Source: Candidatus Tayloriibacteriota bacterium
GTDB taxonomy: Bacteria; Patescibacteriota; Minisyncoccia; Phycocordibacterales; PALSA-1337
Assembly: GCA_052034805.1 (NCBI GenBank)
Contig: JBPOID010000003.1
Span: forward strand, 3,502 to 67,501
Direction of reading: 5' to 3'
Length of the DNA stretch: 64,000 nt
Under the pieces are notes generated by a model. It ran no database searches, was not told where the DNA came from, and saw only the letters and a program-made list of their open reading frames with translations. The position numbers and the translations under genes were made by a program. Position 1 is the stretch's first letter. Every line of letters begins with the position of its first letter. This document shows, one piece after another, positions 31,453 to 41,634 of this stretch.

Positions 31453-32490
31453 TTATTGTTTTCTATTTATTTTATTGAAAATATCTAAAATTTCTTTGGA
31501 GATTTCGGTATATGTATGAGTAAAATTGAAATTCTTTATTTTTTCTACTTGCATATCATAATTATTTTTATCAGAAAGCCATAATACTTTTTCTCTTATA
31601 TCATTTATATCTTTTGGATTAATTGTGATAGCAATATCCTTTATTCTATTCATCAATCCATTTTCTTCTGTAATTATAAAAGGTTTATTATATTTTATTG
31701 AATCAAGAATCATATTTGGACTTATATCTCCGAGAGAAACTAGTATAACAGCATAAGAATTAGAGATTATATTCATAAAATCATCATAATCCAGACTATC
31801 TGTATTTAATATTAAACCTTTTCTTTTTATTTCTTCAGAATCAAAACTTTTTTTCAAAAGATCAATATTTTTCCATTTCAAAACTCTAGTACTTGCTATA
31901 AAATCCTTTTGATTTGGATTAAAGGACTTTTCTTTTTCTCCATATTTATTTTCTATAATAGAAATAGGTACATTTTCCAGAGAATATGGTTTCATCCATA
32001 TATTTTTCTGCCATTCTGTACTGAATATTAGATTATCTACGCGATGAAATGTCCATTTCATCAAATTAAATATTGTTTTATCTTTATTTGACCATTTTTT
32101 ACCATAATTATTATTGGAAATTTCATTTTCTTTGTAGAAATCACGCAAAAGTACTAATTCCCCTGTTCTTTCTACATAATTTTCCCATAGGAAATCACCA
32201 CCGGTTCTCATTATTATTTTTTTACCAAGAATTTTAGCTAATATAGTCGCTGGGATACCTGTACTGAATGTGTCTAAAGCAAATATGAAATCAGATTTTA
32301 TTGCTTTAGGTATTATTTTAAATAAATAGAATAAATGCCTAATAACAGTAGGTAAATTGTTTTCAATATTAAAAGTCTTTATATATACGGTATGTCCTAA
32401 TTTCTCCCATTCTGACTTTATTTGTTCGGCGTATTTAGCGGGACCACCTATAGCTGGAGGATAAATACCTGTAGCAATAAGGATTTTCAT
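31453..32490 (-). CDS. GT4-like glycosyltransferase
   Basis: MKILIATGIYPPAIGGPAKY N-terminus, RVLKWKN. Confidence 0.8.
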   Translation of the reverse strand: MKILIATGIYPPAIGGPAKYAEQIKSEWEKLGHTVYIKTFNIENNLPTVIRHLFYLFKIIPKAIKSDFIFALDTFSTGIPATILAKILGKKIIMRTGGDFLWENYVERTGELVLLRDFYKENEISNNNYGKKWSNKDKTIFNLMKWTFHRVDNLIFSTEWQKNIWMKPYSLENVPISIIENKYGEKEKSFNPNQKDFIASTRVLKWKNIDLLKKSFDSEEIKRKGLILNTDSLDYDDFMNIISNSYAVILVSLGDISPNMILDSIKYNKPFIITEENGLMNRIKDIAITINPKDINDIREKVLWLSDKNNYDMQVEKIKNFNFTHTYTEISKEILDIFNKINRKQ

Positions 32491-32515
32491 GGGAATATTC
32501 TAACATAAATTAAGA

Positions 32516-32541
32516 AAAATAGCCTGTATTCAGGCTATTTT
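32516..32541 (-). terminator. Intrinsic terminator after groL (possibly bidirectional)
   Basis: AAAATAGCCTG-TATT-CAGGCTATTTT perfect 11-bp inverted repeat. Confidence 0.8.
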
Positions 32542-32567
32542 ATAATATTATATTATTATGATTAATC

Positions 32568-34211
32568 TTAGTATTCCATTCCCCCCATACCTGTATTATT
32601 TGAAACTGGTTTTTCTTCTTTTGGCTCCTCTGCTATTGCAACTTCTGTTGTAAGCAATATAGCCGCCGCGGAACATGCATTCTGCACACCTAATCTAGTA
32701 ACCTTTACAGGATCTACGATGCCGGCGATTATCATATCGGCTATCATTTCATCTTTTAATGCATCATAACCCATATTTCCCTTTCCATTTTTTATTTTTT
32801 CTATTATTACAGATCCATCATCCTTGCCAGCATTTATTGCTATTTGACGAAGTGGTGACTCTAGAGCCTTTAGTACTATTTTATACCCTAATTCAAATTC
32901 TTTCGTGAAATTCTTCTTAAGAGATAGTGTTTTTTCTACTTCTAATATTGTTTTTATAAGTGCTACGCCACCACCCGCGACAATTCCTTCTTCTATTGCG
33001 GCTTTTGTAGCATTTACAGCATCTTCTATCTTTAATTTCAAATATTTCATTTCAGTTTCTGTAGCTGCTCCTACCTTTATCACAGCTACGCCACCAGAAA
33101 GCTTTGCAATTCTTTCGTCTAATTTCTCTTTATCAAATTTTGAATCATTATTGTCTTTTTGTTTCTTTATTTGAGCAATTCTTGATTCTATATCTGATTT
33201 TTTACCCTTTCCTCCAACAATTATTGTATTATCTTTCTTTGAAATAACCTTTCTTGCGCGACCTAGCATTGTAATATCTGTATTCTCTAACTTTATTCCT
33301 ATATCTTCAGATATAACCTTTGCACCTATTGTTATAGCTATATCTTCTAATATTTCCTTTTTCCTATCGCCATATCCAGGTGCCTTTATGGCAAGAACGT
33401 TAAAGCCACCACGTAGTTTATTTACTATGAAAGTAGCCAAAGCTTCTCCATCAACATCTTCTGCAATTATAACTAATTCCTTTTTGCCTTGATGTGCAAG
33501 CTTTTCTAATAAAGGTAAAACTTCTTTTATTGATGAAATCTTCTTATCTGTAATGAGAATTGGAGTATCTTCGTATTCTGCTTCCATTCGATCTGCATTT
33601 GTAATCATATATGGAGATATATAACCCTTATCGAATTCCATACCCTCTACAACTTCGGAATCCAATCCGATTGTTTGTGATTCCTCTACAGTAACAACAC
33701 CATCTTTTCCAACTTTTCTTATAGTATCAGCTATAATAGTTCCTAATTCTACTGATTCTGCAGAAATAGTAGCCACCTGTCTTATTTCTTCATCTGTTTT
33801 TATAGGTTTTGCGAGTTTCTTCAATGCTTCTACAACATCTTTTGAGGCTGTATCTATACCGAACTTAACACCCATAGGATTTACACCCATAGTAGTTTGT
33901 TTTAATCCTTCTGTAACTATCGCTTGAGTGAGTATTACAGATGTAGTAGTTCCATCTCCAGCTAAATCATTTGTTTTTGTGGCAACTTCCTTTATGATCT
34001 CTGCACCCATATTTTCTATCTTATCTGCAAGAGTTATCTCTTTTGCTATAGAAACACCATCGTTGGTAATGGTTGGATTTCCATATCCTTTGTCTAAAAC
34101 AACATTTCTACCGCGAGGTCCTACTGTTATCTTTACAGCATTTGCCACAGCATCTATACCTTTCTTTAGAGACTTTCTAGCCTCTTCATTATATAAGATT
34201 CTCTTTGCCAT
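32568..34211 (-). CDS. groL: Chaperonin GroEL
   Basis: GPRGRNV, TNDGVSIAKEI, GDGTTT, GMGGMEY tail. Confidence 0.99.
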   Translation of the reverse strand: MAKRILYNEEARKSLKKGIDAVANAVKITVGPRGRNVVLDKGYGNPTITNDGVSIAKEITLADKIENMGAEIIKEVATKTNDLAGDGTTTSVILTQAIVTEGLKQTTMGVNPMGVKFGIDTASKDVVEALKKLAKPIKTDEEIRQVATISAESVELGTIIADTIRKVGKDGVVTVEESQTIGLDSEVVEGMEFDKGYISPYMITNADRMEAEYEDTPILITDKKISSIKEVLPLLEKLAHQGKKELVIIAEDVDGEALATFIVNKLRGGFNVLAIKAPGYGDRKKEILEDIAITIGAKVISEDIGIKLENTDITMLGRARKVISKKDNTIIVGGKGKKSDIESRIAQIKKQKDNNDSKFDKEKLDERIAKLSGGVAVIKVGAATETEMKYLKLKIEDAVNATKAAIEEGIVAGGGVALIKTILEVEKTLSLKKNFTKEFELGYKIVLKALESPLRQIAINAGKDDGSVIIEKIKNGKGNMGYDALKDEMIADMIIAGIVDPVKVTRLGVQNACSAAAILLTTEVAIAEEPKEEKPVSNNTGMGGMEY

Positions 34212-34216
34212 ATATT

Positions 34217-34531
34217 TTATTTTATTATAGCTAATAATTCACTCTCTTTTACTAGATAAAATTCTTCATTGTCTATCTTTATTTTATCTCCCCATTGGAA
34301 TAACACGGTATCACCTATTTTTACAGAAATAGGGATTAATTTGCCATCTTCATAATGTCCATTACCTATGGCAACTATTTCACCCTTTTTACTACCCTTA
34401 TCTTCATCTACAGTTATGGGGATAATAATTCCTGATGCGGTTTTACGTTCTTTATTTTCTATTTCTTCTTTTATGAGCACTCTGTCCTGCAATGGTCTAA
34501 TTCTTTTTGAAATATCAATATTTTTTGACAT
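34217..34531 (-). CDS. groES: Co-chaperonin GroES
   Basis: IRPLQDRVLI, TASGIIIP, upstream of groL. Confidence 0.96.
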   Translation of the reverse strand: MSKNIDISKRIRPLQDRVLIKEEIENKERKTASGIIIPITVDEDKGSKKGEIVAIGNGHYEDGKLIPISVKIGDTVLFQWGDKIKIDNEEFYLVKESELLAIIK

Positions 34532-34734
34532 ATTTTTGTATTATATATTAGTGCTAATAATAATTTCACTTAATTTGATAATAACCCCATCTAATTTGGT
34601 ATTAATTTGTATTATATACTAAAAAGATAAAATTTTTACAACTTCTCTTTATATTCAATATATTATCTATTATTTATTTTATATTTTCTGCTATATTCTT
34701 GCATTTCCTAATAGATATGATATATTGGCTTCTA

Positions 34735-34971
34735 ATGAAAGCTATTCAATCTATACTTCCGTATATACAGCTTTTCCTAGCGGTAATCCTAGTGGGAGCA
34801 ATACTATTACAGAGAACTGGAGCGCAGATTGGTGGCGCCTTTGGAGGAAGTGACAATTTCAGCTCGGCATATCATACTCGTCGTGGTTTCGAAAGAACAC
34901 TTTTCATTGTAACTATTGTTATATCTATTATATTTGCCCTTTCTGCATTGCTAAATCTGGTAGTTGTATAA
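34735..34971 (+). CDS. secG: Preprotein translocase subunit SecG (ATG 34735 preferred)
   Basis: ILLQ...GGAFGG...TRRGFE, two TM helices; TTGCAT-16-TATATT promoter at 34699-34726. Confidence 0.9.
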   Translation: MKAIQSILPYIQLFLAVILVGAILLQRTGAQIGGAFGGSDNFSSAYHTRRGFERTLFIVTIVISIIFALSALLNLVVV

Positions 34972-35058
34972 TTAAATCTTGATTAAATAAAATAGAATTT
35001 ATTAAATAATTATTATAGTAATCTAGCTTATATTGCTTAAATTTCTGTATATACTATC

Positions 35059-36789
35059 GTGAATGATTCAAAAAAAGAATTCCATATAAAAGGAGGAGAG
35101 AAAATTCAAAATATAATAAAGAATTTTTCATCTACTGAGAAATTCGTATTTGCCATATTTACCATAATTGCATTGATAAGCTCTATGGTTATGGCCTTAT
35201 CTATAAACAATATGTTCCTAGTGCCAATACCGAATCATGGAGGAAAAATGGCAGAAGGCGTAGTAGGTTTGCCTAGATATATAAATCCTGTACTAGCCAT
35301 AACAGATGTAGATAAAGATCTGTCCAATCTTATATATTCTGGTTTAATGAAATATGATAAAGATGGAAGATTAGTAACTGATATGGCAGAAAAGTACAAT
35401 GTATCAGATGATGGTTTGATATATTCATTTACTCTAAAGAGTGATTTACGTTTTCATGATGGAATACCCGTAACTACAGATGATGTAGAATTTACTATAC
35501 AAAAAATAGAAGATGCAATAATAAAAAGTCCAAAAAGAGCTGATTGGGCAAATATAGGTATAAAGAAAATAAATTCAAGAGAAATTCAATTTATATTAAA
35601 GCAACCATATACACCTTTCCTTTCAAATACTACAGTTGGAATATTACCTAAACATATATGGAGCAAGGTTTCTCCAGAACAATTCATATTCAGTCAATAC
35701 AATCTAGAACCAATAGGTACAGGACCATATAGACTTGGAAATATAAAAAGAGATAAAGGAGGAATACCAGAATATTATGGGCTTTATTCATTCAGTCGTT
35801 ATGATGGTGGAGAAGCTTATATAAATGAATTTGATATGTATTTCTATCCAAATGAAAAATTAGCTACAGATGCATATAAATCAGATACCATACAAGCAAT
35901 AGCGAGAATATCACCCACAGAAGCAAGCAGTATAGCAACTACTTCTTCTAATATACATATATTACATTATCCTTTGCCTAGAATATTTGGAATATTTTTT
36001 AATCAAAATCAAGCACCCATTTTTACAAATGATTCAGTAAGAAAAGCTTTGAATATTTCTGCACCTAAAGACAAAATAATAGATGATGTATTACATGGAT
36101 ACGCTATACGTAGTGATAGTCCTTTACCCATAGACAATATTCCAAAATTAGAGAAAGAAAATCAGGAACAGAATATATCAACTGCAAAAGATATTTTAAC
36201 CAAAGATGGCTTTTCTCTTGGAAGTGATGGGGTTATGGAGAAAAAAGATAAAAAAGGCACTATCAGATTAGAATTCTCTATAGCTACAGTTGATTCTCCA
36301 GATCTAAAACAAGTAGCAGAAATAATAAGAAATGAATGGATAAAAATAGGTGTAAAAGTAAATATAAAAGTATTTGAATATGGTGATCTATACCAGAATA
36401 TTATAAGTATGAGAAAATATGATGCTTTGCTATTCGGAGAAACTATAGGAAAAGATGTTGATCTATATGCATTCTGGCATTCATCACAGAGAAATGCCCC
36501 AGGATTGAATATTGCTATGTACGTTAATAGTAAAGTAGATAAATTATTAGAAGATGCTAGAGAAAGTCTAGATGAGAAAATAAAAGCAGATAAATATTCA
36601 CAATTCGAAACGATTATAAAGAATGAAACACCAGCAATATTCCTATATTCCCCAGAGTTTATATATATAGTTTCTGATAAAGTAAAAGGATTAAATATAA
36701 ATGAATTAAATAGCCCTTCAGATAGATTTTATGGAATAAACAAATGGTATACAGAAACAGAAGATGTATGGAAAATATTTGTAAAATAA
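35059..36789 (+). CDS. Peptide ABC transporter substrate-binding protein (family 5), TM-anchored
   Basis: INPVLA, FHDGIPVTTDDVEFT, PIGTGPY, FWHSSQ. Confidence 0.88.
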   Translation: MNDSKKEFHIKGGEKIQNIIKNFSSTEKFVFAIFTIIALISSMVMALSINNMFLVPIPNHGGKMAEGVVGLPRYINPVLAITDVDKDLSNLIYSGLMKYDKDGRLVTDMAEKYNVSDDGLIYSFTLKSDLRFHDGIPVTTDDVEFTIQKIEDAIIKSPKRADWANIGIKKINSREIQFILKQPYTPFLSNTTVGILPKHIWSKVSPEQFIFSQYNLEPIGTGPYRLGNIKRDKGGIPEYYGLYSFSRYDGGEAYINEFDMYFYPNEKLATDAYKSDTIQAIARISPTEASSIATTSSNIHILHYPLPRIFGIFFNQNQAPIFTNDSVRKALNISAPKDKIIDDVLHGYAIRSDSPLPIDNIPKLEKENQEQNISTAKDILTKDGFSLGSDGVMEKKDKKGTIRLEFSIATVDSPDLKQVAEIIRNEWIKIGVKVNIKVFEYGDLYQNIISMRKYDALLFGETIGKDVDLYAFWHSSQRNAPGLNIAMYVNSKVDKLLEDARESLDEKIKADKYSQFETIIKNETPAIFLYSPEFIYIVSDKVKGLNINELNSPSDRFYGINKWYTETEDVWKIFVK

Positions 36790-36820
36790 AAATATAAAAA
36801 TAAAATAATAAATTAAAAAA

Positions 36821-38665
36821 ATGACAATAATCAAACCAATTCACAAAAAAGAACCAGCAACGCATAGTTCTCATAGCTCTCATGATAAACCTTATAGACC
36901 ATCTAAAAGATTTTCTACAAGACAAACTTCTGCAAAACCAATGACTCAGATTCACAAGAAAGTTGAGGATAGTATACCTCCTTTCGAAAGTGATTCTGTA
37001 CGTATAATACCTCTAGGAGGAGTAGAAGAAATAGGAAAAAACATGACAGCCATAGAATATGGTGATGATATTATTGTTATAGATATAGGTTTCCAATTCA
37101 AAGATGAAAATACTCCAGGTATAGATTATATATTACCGAATACAAAATACCTCGAAGAAAGAAAAGATAAAGTAAAAGCTGTTATAATCACCCACGGTCA
37201 CTTGGACCATATAGGTGGAATACCTTATGTTATGCCAAGAATAGGAAATCCTCCAATTTATACAAGAATGCTTACATCAGTGATGGTGAAGAAGCGTCAA
37301 GAAGAATTCCCACATCTAGAAGCTCTAGATATAAAGGTAGTCGAAAAAAATGAAACCATAACGATAGGAAAATTAAAGATAAATTTCTTTGCGGTAACAC
37401 ATACAATACCAGATGCTATGGGAGTTATAATCGATACTCCTTATGGTTCTATAGTTCATACAGGAGATCTTAAACTTGATCATATAGATGGAATACCGAC
37501 AGAAGATGAAGAAGCAGAATACGATAGAGTATTTAAAAATAGAAAAGTACTTTTGCTTATGGCTGATTCTACAAATGTAGAAAATCCAGGATTCTCTATT
37601 CCAGAAAAAACAGTTCATAAAAACATAGAAGATATAATAAAAAATACAAAAGGCAGATTAATAATAGCTACTTTCGCATCTTTACTTGAAAGAATGTTGA
37701 AAATAATAGAATTCGCAGAAAAATATGGCAAAAAAGTAGTTGTGGAAGGACGTAGTATGAAAACAAATATAGAAATTTGTAGAAATCTTGGCATACTTAA
37801 ACCTAAAAAAGATACATTGATAACAGTAGAAGCTATGGGTCAATTCCCTCCAGAAAGAATTATAATACTTGCTACAGGAGCTCAAGGAGATGAATTCGCA
37901 GCGATGATGCGTATGTCGAATAAAACTCATAAATACGTAAAGATTACCAAACGCGATACTGTATTGTTATCATCATCTATAGTTCCAGGAAATGAAAGAG
38001 CTGTACAGAAATTAAAAGATAATCTTTCTAGACAAGGTGCTCATATAATACATTATAGAATTGCAGATGTTCACTCTTCAGGACATGCCAATCGTGATGA
38101 AACTGCATGGATACATAAAAAGATACATCCAAAATTCTTTATACCTGTTCATGGATATCATTATATGCTTCGTGTTCATGGAGATATAGCGAGAGAAGCC
38201 AATAATTTGCCTGAAGATAATATAGTAATACCAGATAATGGTTCTATTATAGAAATAAAGAGTAGTGGAGAAAAAATAGTTAAATTAAAAGAAAAAGCAC
38301 CTTCAGGAATAGTGATGGTTGATGGATTCTCTATAGGAGATATACAAGACGTTGTTATTCGTGATAGACAAATGCTTGCTCAAGATGGAATATTTATTGT
38401 TTTCGCTATTATAAATGCTCAAACAGGAAAATTAAAAAAGAGTCCAGATATAATATCTCGTGGTTTCGTATATCTAAGAGAATCTCAGGATCTATTGCAT
38501 CATGCTCGTATGATAATAAAGAATACAGTAGAAGAATCTACAAAAGGCATGAATCCTATAAATGTAGAATTTGTAAAAGCGAATATCTCCGACAATGTAA
38601 GTAAATTCTTATTACAAAAAACAGCAAAAAGACCTATTGTTATACCAGTACTATTGACGATATAA
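36821..38665 (+). CDS. rnj: Ribonuclease J
   Basis: PLGGVEEIGKNM, THGHLDHIG, HTGDLK, DSTN, HSSGH, PVHG. Confidence 0.97.
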   Translation: MTIIKPIHKKEPATHSSHSSHDKPYRPSKRFSTRQTSAKPMTQIHKKVEDSIPPFESDSVRIIPLGGVEEIGKNMTAIEYGDDIIVIDIGFQFKDENTPGIDYILPNTKYLEERKDKVKAVIITHGHLDHIGGIPYVMPRIGNPPIYTRMLTSVMVKKRQEEFPHLEALDIKVVEKNETITIGKLKINFFAVTHTIPDAMGVIIDTPYGSIVHTGDLKLDHIDGIPTEDEEAEYDRVFKNRKVLLLMADSTNVENPGFSIPEKTVHKNIEDIIKNTKGRLIIATFASLLERMLKIIEFAEKYGKKVVVEGRSMKTNIEICRNLGILKPKKDTLITVEAMGQFPPERIIILATGAQGDEFAAMMRMSNKTHKYVKITKRDTVLLSSSIVPGNERAVQKLKDNLSRQGAHIIHYRIADVHSSGHANRDETAWIHKKIHPKFFIPVHGYHYMLRVHGDIAREANNLPEDNIVIPDNGSIIEIKSSGEKIVKLKEKAPSGIVMVDGFSIGDIQDVVIRDRQMLAQDGIFIVFAIINAQTGKLKKSPDIISRGFVYLRESQDLLHHARMIIKNTVEESTKGMNPINVEFVKANISDNVSKFLLQKTAKRPIVIPVLLTI

Positions 38666-38672
38666 TATATAG

Positions 38673-39851
38673 ATGCGACATCGCATAACTTCTCTCAAAA
38701 GTAATACTATTTATACTATTGCTATAGTTGGATTTATATCTACTATACATTTAGTTTTACCTACATATTCTAATTCTAGTTTCCTATCGACTTTTATACC
38801 AGAAGATATGGTTGGTATTATCTATATGATAAGTTCAGCCATAACTATACTTAGTTTTCTAATAATACCTAGTATATTAAAGAAAGTTGGGAATTATATA
38901 ACAGCATTATGGTTAATAGTATTACAAATAATATTATTTTACGGTTTAGTAACAACAAAAGATCCTATATTATTGACCTTATTCTTTTCATTACAGACTG
39001 CAATAATCGCACTCATAGGATATTGTATAGATATATTTTTGGAAGTTTATTCTGATGCTGAACACGCTGGAGTAACTAGAGGTATGTATCTTACAACTAT
39101 AAACAGTGCATGGCTCATAGCACCACTTATAGGTAGTATGATAATAGGTGGTAATAATAATTATCATAATGTATATATAGCATCATTGTTAATGCTATTT
39201 CCTTTATTCTATTTGGTATACAAAAATTTCAAAAACTTCAAAGATCCTCATTATGGACATCTATCATTATGGAAGAATATCGTGCATATGAAGAAGAATA
39301 GTGATTATGTAAAATTATTTACAGCAAATACAATACTTCAGATCTTTTATTCATGGATGGTTGTATATAGTATAGTTTATTTAAATAAAGTTATAGGTTT
39401 TGATTGGGCAAGTATAGGTATTATACTCACCGTTATGCTCATACCATTCCCTATTATAGAATGGCCATTAGGTAAATTAGCCGATATGAAGTATGGAGAG
39501 AAAGAAATGATGACGATGAGTTTCGCGCTTCTAGGACTATCTACAATGGCTTTAGCCACAATAACGTCTAATAATCTATTCTTATGGTCATTAGCATTGT
39601 TTATAACTCGTATAGGAGCTGCTGGAGCAGAGATTATGATAGAGACTTATTTCTTCAAAACTGTTAAACCCGAAGATTCTGGATTGCTTGGATTCTTCCG
39701 TATTACTCGTTCTCTTTCATATTTTATAGCTCCATTAGTGACTGGAATAAGTTTAATCTTTTCTAAAGATCAATCATTTATTTTTATAATACTTGGTATT
39801 ATATGTCTTCTAGCTATGATACCTAGTTGGACAATAAGAGATACGAAATAA
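38673..39851 (+). CDS. MFS transporter
   Basis: ~12 TM helices, GKLADMKYGEK loop motif. Confidence 0.85.
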   Translation: MRHRITSLKSNTIYTIAIVGFISTIHLVLPTYSNSSFLSTFIPEDMVGIIYMISSAITILSFLIIPSILKKVGNYITALWLIVLQIILFYGLVTTKDPILLTLFFSLQTAIIALIGYCIDIFLEVYSDAEHAGVTRGMYLTTINSAWLIAPLIGSMIIGGNNNYHNVYIASLLMLFPLFYLVYKNFKNFKDPHYGHLSLWKNIVHMKKNSDYVKLFTANTILQIFYSWMVVYSIVYLNKVIGFDWASIGIILTVMLIPFPIIEWPLGKLADMKYGEKEMMTMSFALLGLSTMALATITSNNLFLWSLALFITRIGAAGAEIMIETYFFKTVKPEDSGLLGFFRITRSLSYFIAPLVTGISLIFSKDQSFIFIILGIICLLAMIPSWTIRDTK

Positions 39852-39876
39852 TCATAATAATATTGAGATAATAGAA

Positions 39877-39903
39877 AAGGGGGTGACATAAATCACCCCC
39901 CTT
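39877..39903. terminator. GC-rich hairpin between convergent genes (likely bidirectional terminator)
   Basis: GGGGGTGA-CATAAA-TCACCCCC. Confidence 0.7.
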
Positions 39904-39906
39904 AAA

Positions 39907-40170
39907 TCAATCCCACCCTTTGTTTTTTGCCTTCTCTTTTTTCTCCTTGTATTCGATGAACCTACACCGAATATTGTCAACAAGAAGTATTGCCCATATT
40001 CCAGGACCTACCGCAATGTACAGAATGATTGGAAAATCTAAAGTCTTTTCTCCAAACACCTTCCACCCACAATCCGTACCGCTTAAAAAGACAAAAGCGA
40101 TTCCGAAGATTGTCCAAACGATCAACACCATACAGATGTTGGTAACGTTAATATCAATGCCGATACCCAT
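39907..40170 (-). CDS. Small two-TM orphan membrane protein (87 aa)
   Basis: ATG 40170 preceded by GAGAAGGAGA; two hydrophobic helices and a charged C-terminal tail. Confidence 0.65.
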   Translation of the reverse strand: MGIGIDINVTNICMVLIVWTIFGIAFVFLSGTDCGWKVFGEKTLDFPIILYIAVGPGIWAILLVDNIRCRFIEYKEKKEKAKNKGWD

Positions 40171-40225
40171 ATTGGTCTCCTTCTCTTTTTGTTGTTGTTT
40201 TGTTGCTACTACTATATCCTTATAT

Positions 40226-40254
40226 AGCTTACTATATATATGAAATAATGTCAA
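40226..40254 (-). promoter_or_regulatory. Sigma70-type promoter of the orphan gene
   Basis: TTGACA (40249-40254) - 17 nt - TAAGCT (40226-40231). Confidence 0.6.
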
Positions 40255-40270
40255 TAGGTGTTGTATTTGC

Positions 40271-41560
40271 CTATTTTAAAGCATTATTTTCTATAATCTC
40301 TTTCTTTAAGAAGATCGAACCTATATACCTTATAAGCAATATTCCACTTGTAGATAGAAATATCCCTATAGCCCATCCAGCTATAACATCTGATGCCCAA
40401 TGAACATTGAGTATTATTCTACTTAACCCTATTAGGAATGAACATAAAAAACATAAAACTATTAATGATTCTCTTGTAATCCAATTCTTTATTTTGGGAG
40501 CTAATATATAGGCTAAAGATAAAAAGAAAGCGGCAGAGATTGCGGCGTGACCGCTAGGGAAACTTGGATCTGTTAATATTTGAAAAGCATTATTTGGTCT
40601 AGAACGTAAAAATAAGTCTTTAAGCAAAACAACAGATCCAGCTGTGGATATTACAGAAAAAAGCATTATAGCTCCCCTTCTCCATTTATGTTTATACATA
40701 AAATAAAGACCTATAACAGTGCCTATAGATATAATCGGTATTGTACCCCCGATTGTACTAATAAAATGAAATATTTTTATTGATAATTGATTCGCATACT
40801 CTACAGATAATAGATTTGCCCATATATCAAAATTCTTCATAAAAGAACTTATAGATAAACCGTCTTGTATAGTCTTTGCCAATACCCATACAGAAAGTAG
40901 ATTAAGTATTAATACAAAAATTTCATATTTTTTGAATATATGGAAACGTAAATTTACAAAACGATAACCCCATAATATAAGTATTGAAGCTATAAAAGCC
41001 ACCAAGAAAAATTCTCCGAGATATTTCGCACCTATATTATAACTAGCACCAAAGACATATCCAACCATAACAGAAAGATATACCCATAGTGAACCACCTA
41101 AAATATTATAAAACCAGAATGTTTTTGGATGTATGCCATTTGCACCTACCATATAAGGTATAAGTGGACGAGTAACCGGACTAAATTTACCTATTATAAT
41201 AGCCTTGCCTGTATGATTATCTATAATATTTTTTGCTTTATCTATATGATGTTCTTTCAGGAAAACATATTTAGTCAATCTTTGCAAAAATGGATAACCT
41301 TTTTTCTTACCAAAAAGATATCCTATTATATCTGCAATAGCCGAAGCGGTAATACATATAATTAAAACTATAAAAAGATTAAGTATTCCAAATTTTGCTA
41401 AAAATCCACTACAAATTATAGCGATATGACCAGGTATAAATGATCCTAATATAGGTAAACCTTCAAAAAAGACAATAATGAATAAAAGCCAATATCCTCC
41501 AGTAGCTATCAGTTCAGGAAAATTCTGTATAATATGCGAAAAATATGTAGTTAAATGCAT
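40271..41560 (-). CDS. DedA family protein fused to PAP2 phosphatase
   Basis: FEGLPILGSFIPG, GKFSPVTRP (DedA); RSRP, SFPSGH, SRIILNVHWASDV (PAP2). Confidence 0.9.
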   Translation of the reverse strand: MHLTTYFSHIIQNFPELIATGGYWLLFIIVFFEGLPILGSFIPGHIAIICSGFLAKFGILNLFIVLIICITASAIADIIGYLFGKKKGYPFLQRLTKYVFLKEHHIDKAKNIIDNHTGKAIIIGKFSPVTRPLIPYMVGANGIHPKTFWFYNILGGSLWVYLSVMVGYVFGASYNIGAKYLGEFFLVAFIASILILWGYRFVNLRFHIFKKYEIFVLILNLLSVWVLAKTIQDGLSISSFMKNFDIWANLLSVEYANQLSIKIFHFISTIGGTIPIISIGTVIGLYFMYKHKWRRGAIMLFSVISTAGSVVLLKDLFLRSRPNNAFQILTDPSFPSGHAAISAAFFLSLAYILAPKIKNWITRESLIVLCFLCSFLIGLSRIILNVHWASDVIAGWAIGIFLSTSGILLIRYIGSIFLKKEIIENNALK

Positions 41561-41634
41561 ATAGATTATAATTATAACACATAGATAGGATCTCTTATAT
41601 TGAATTAATTACATTATTACTATACAATTCGGCC

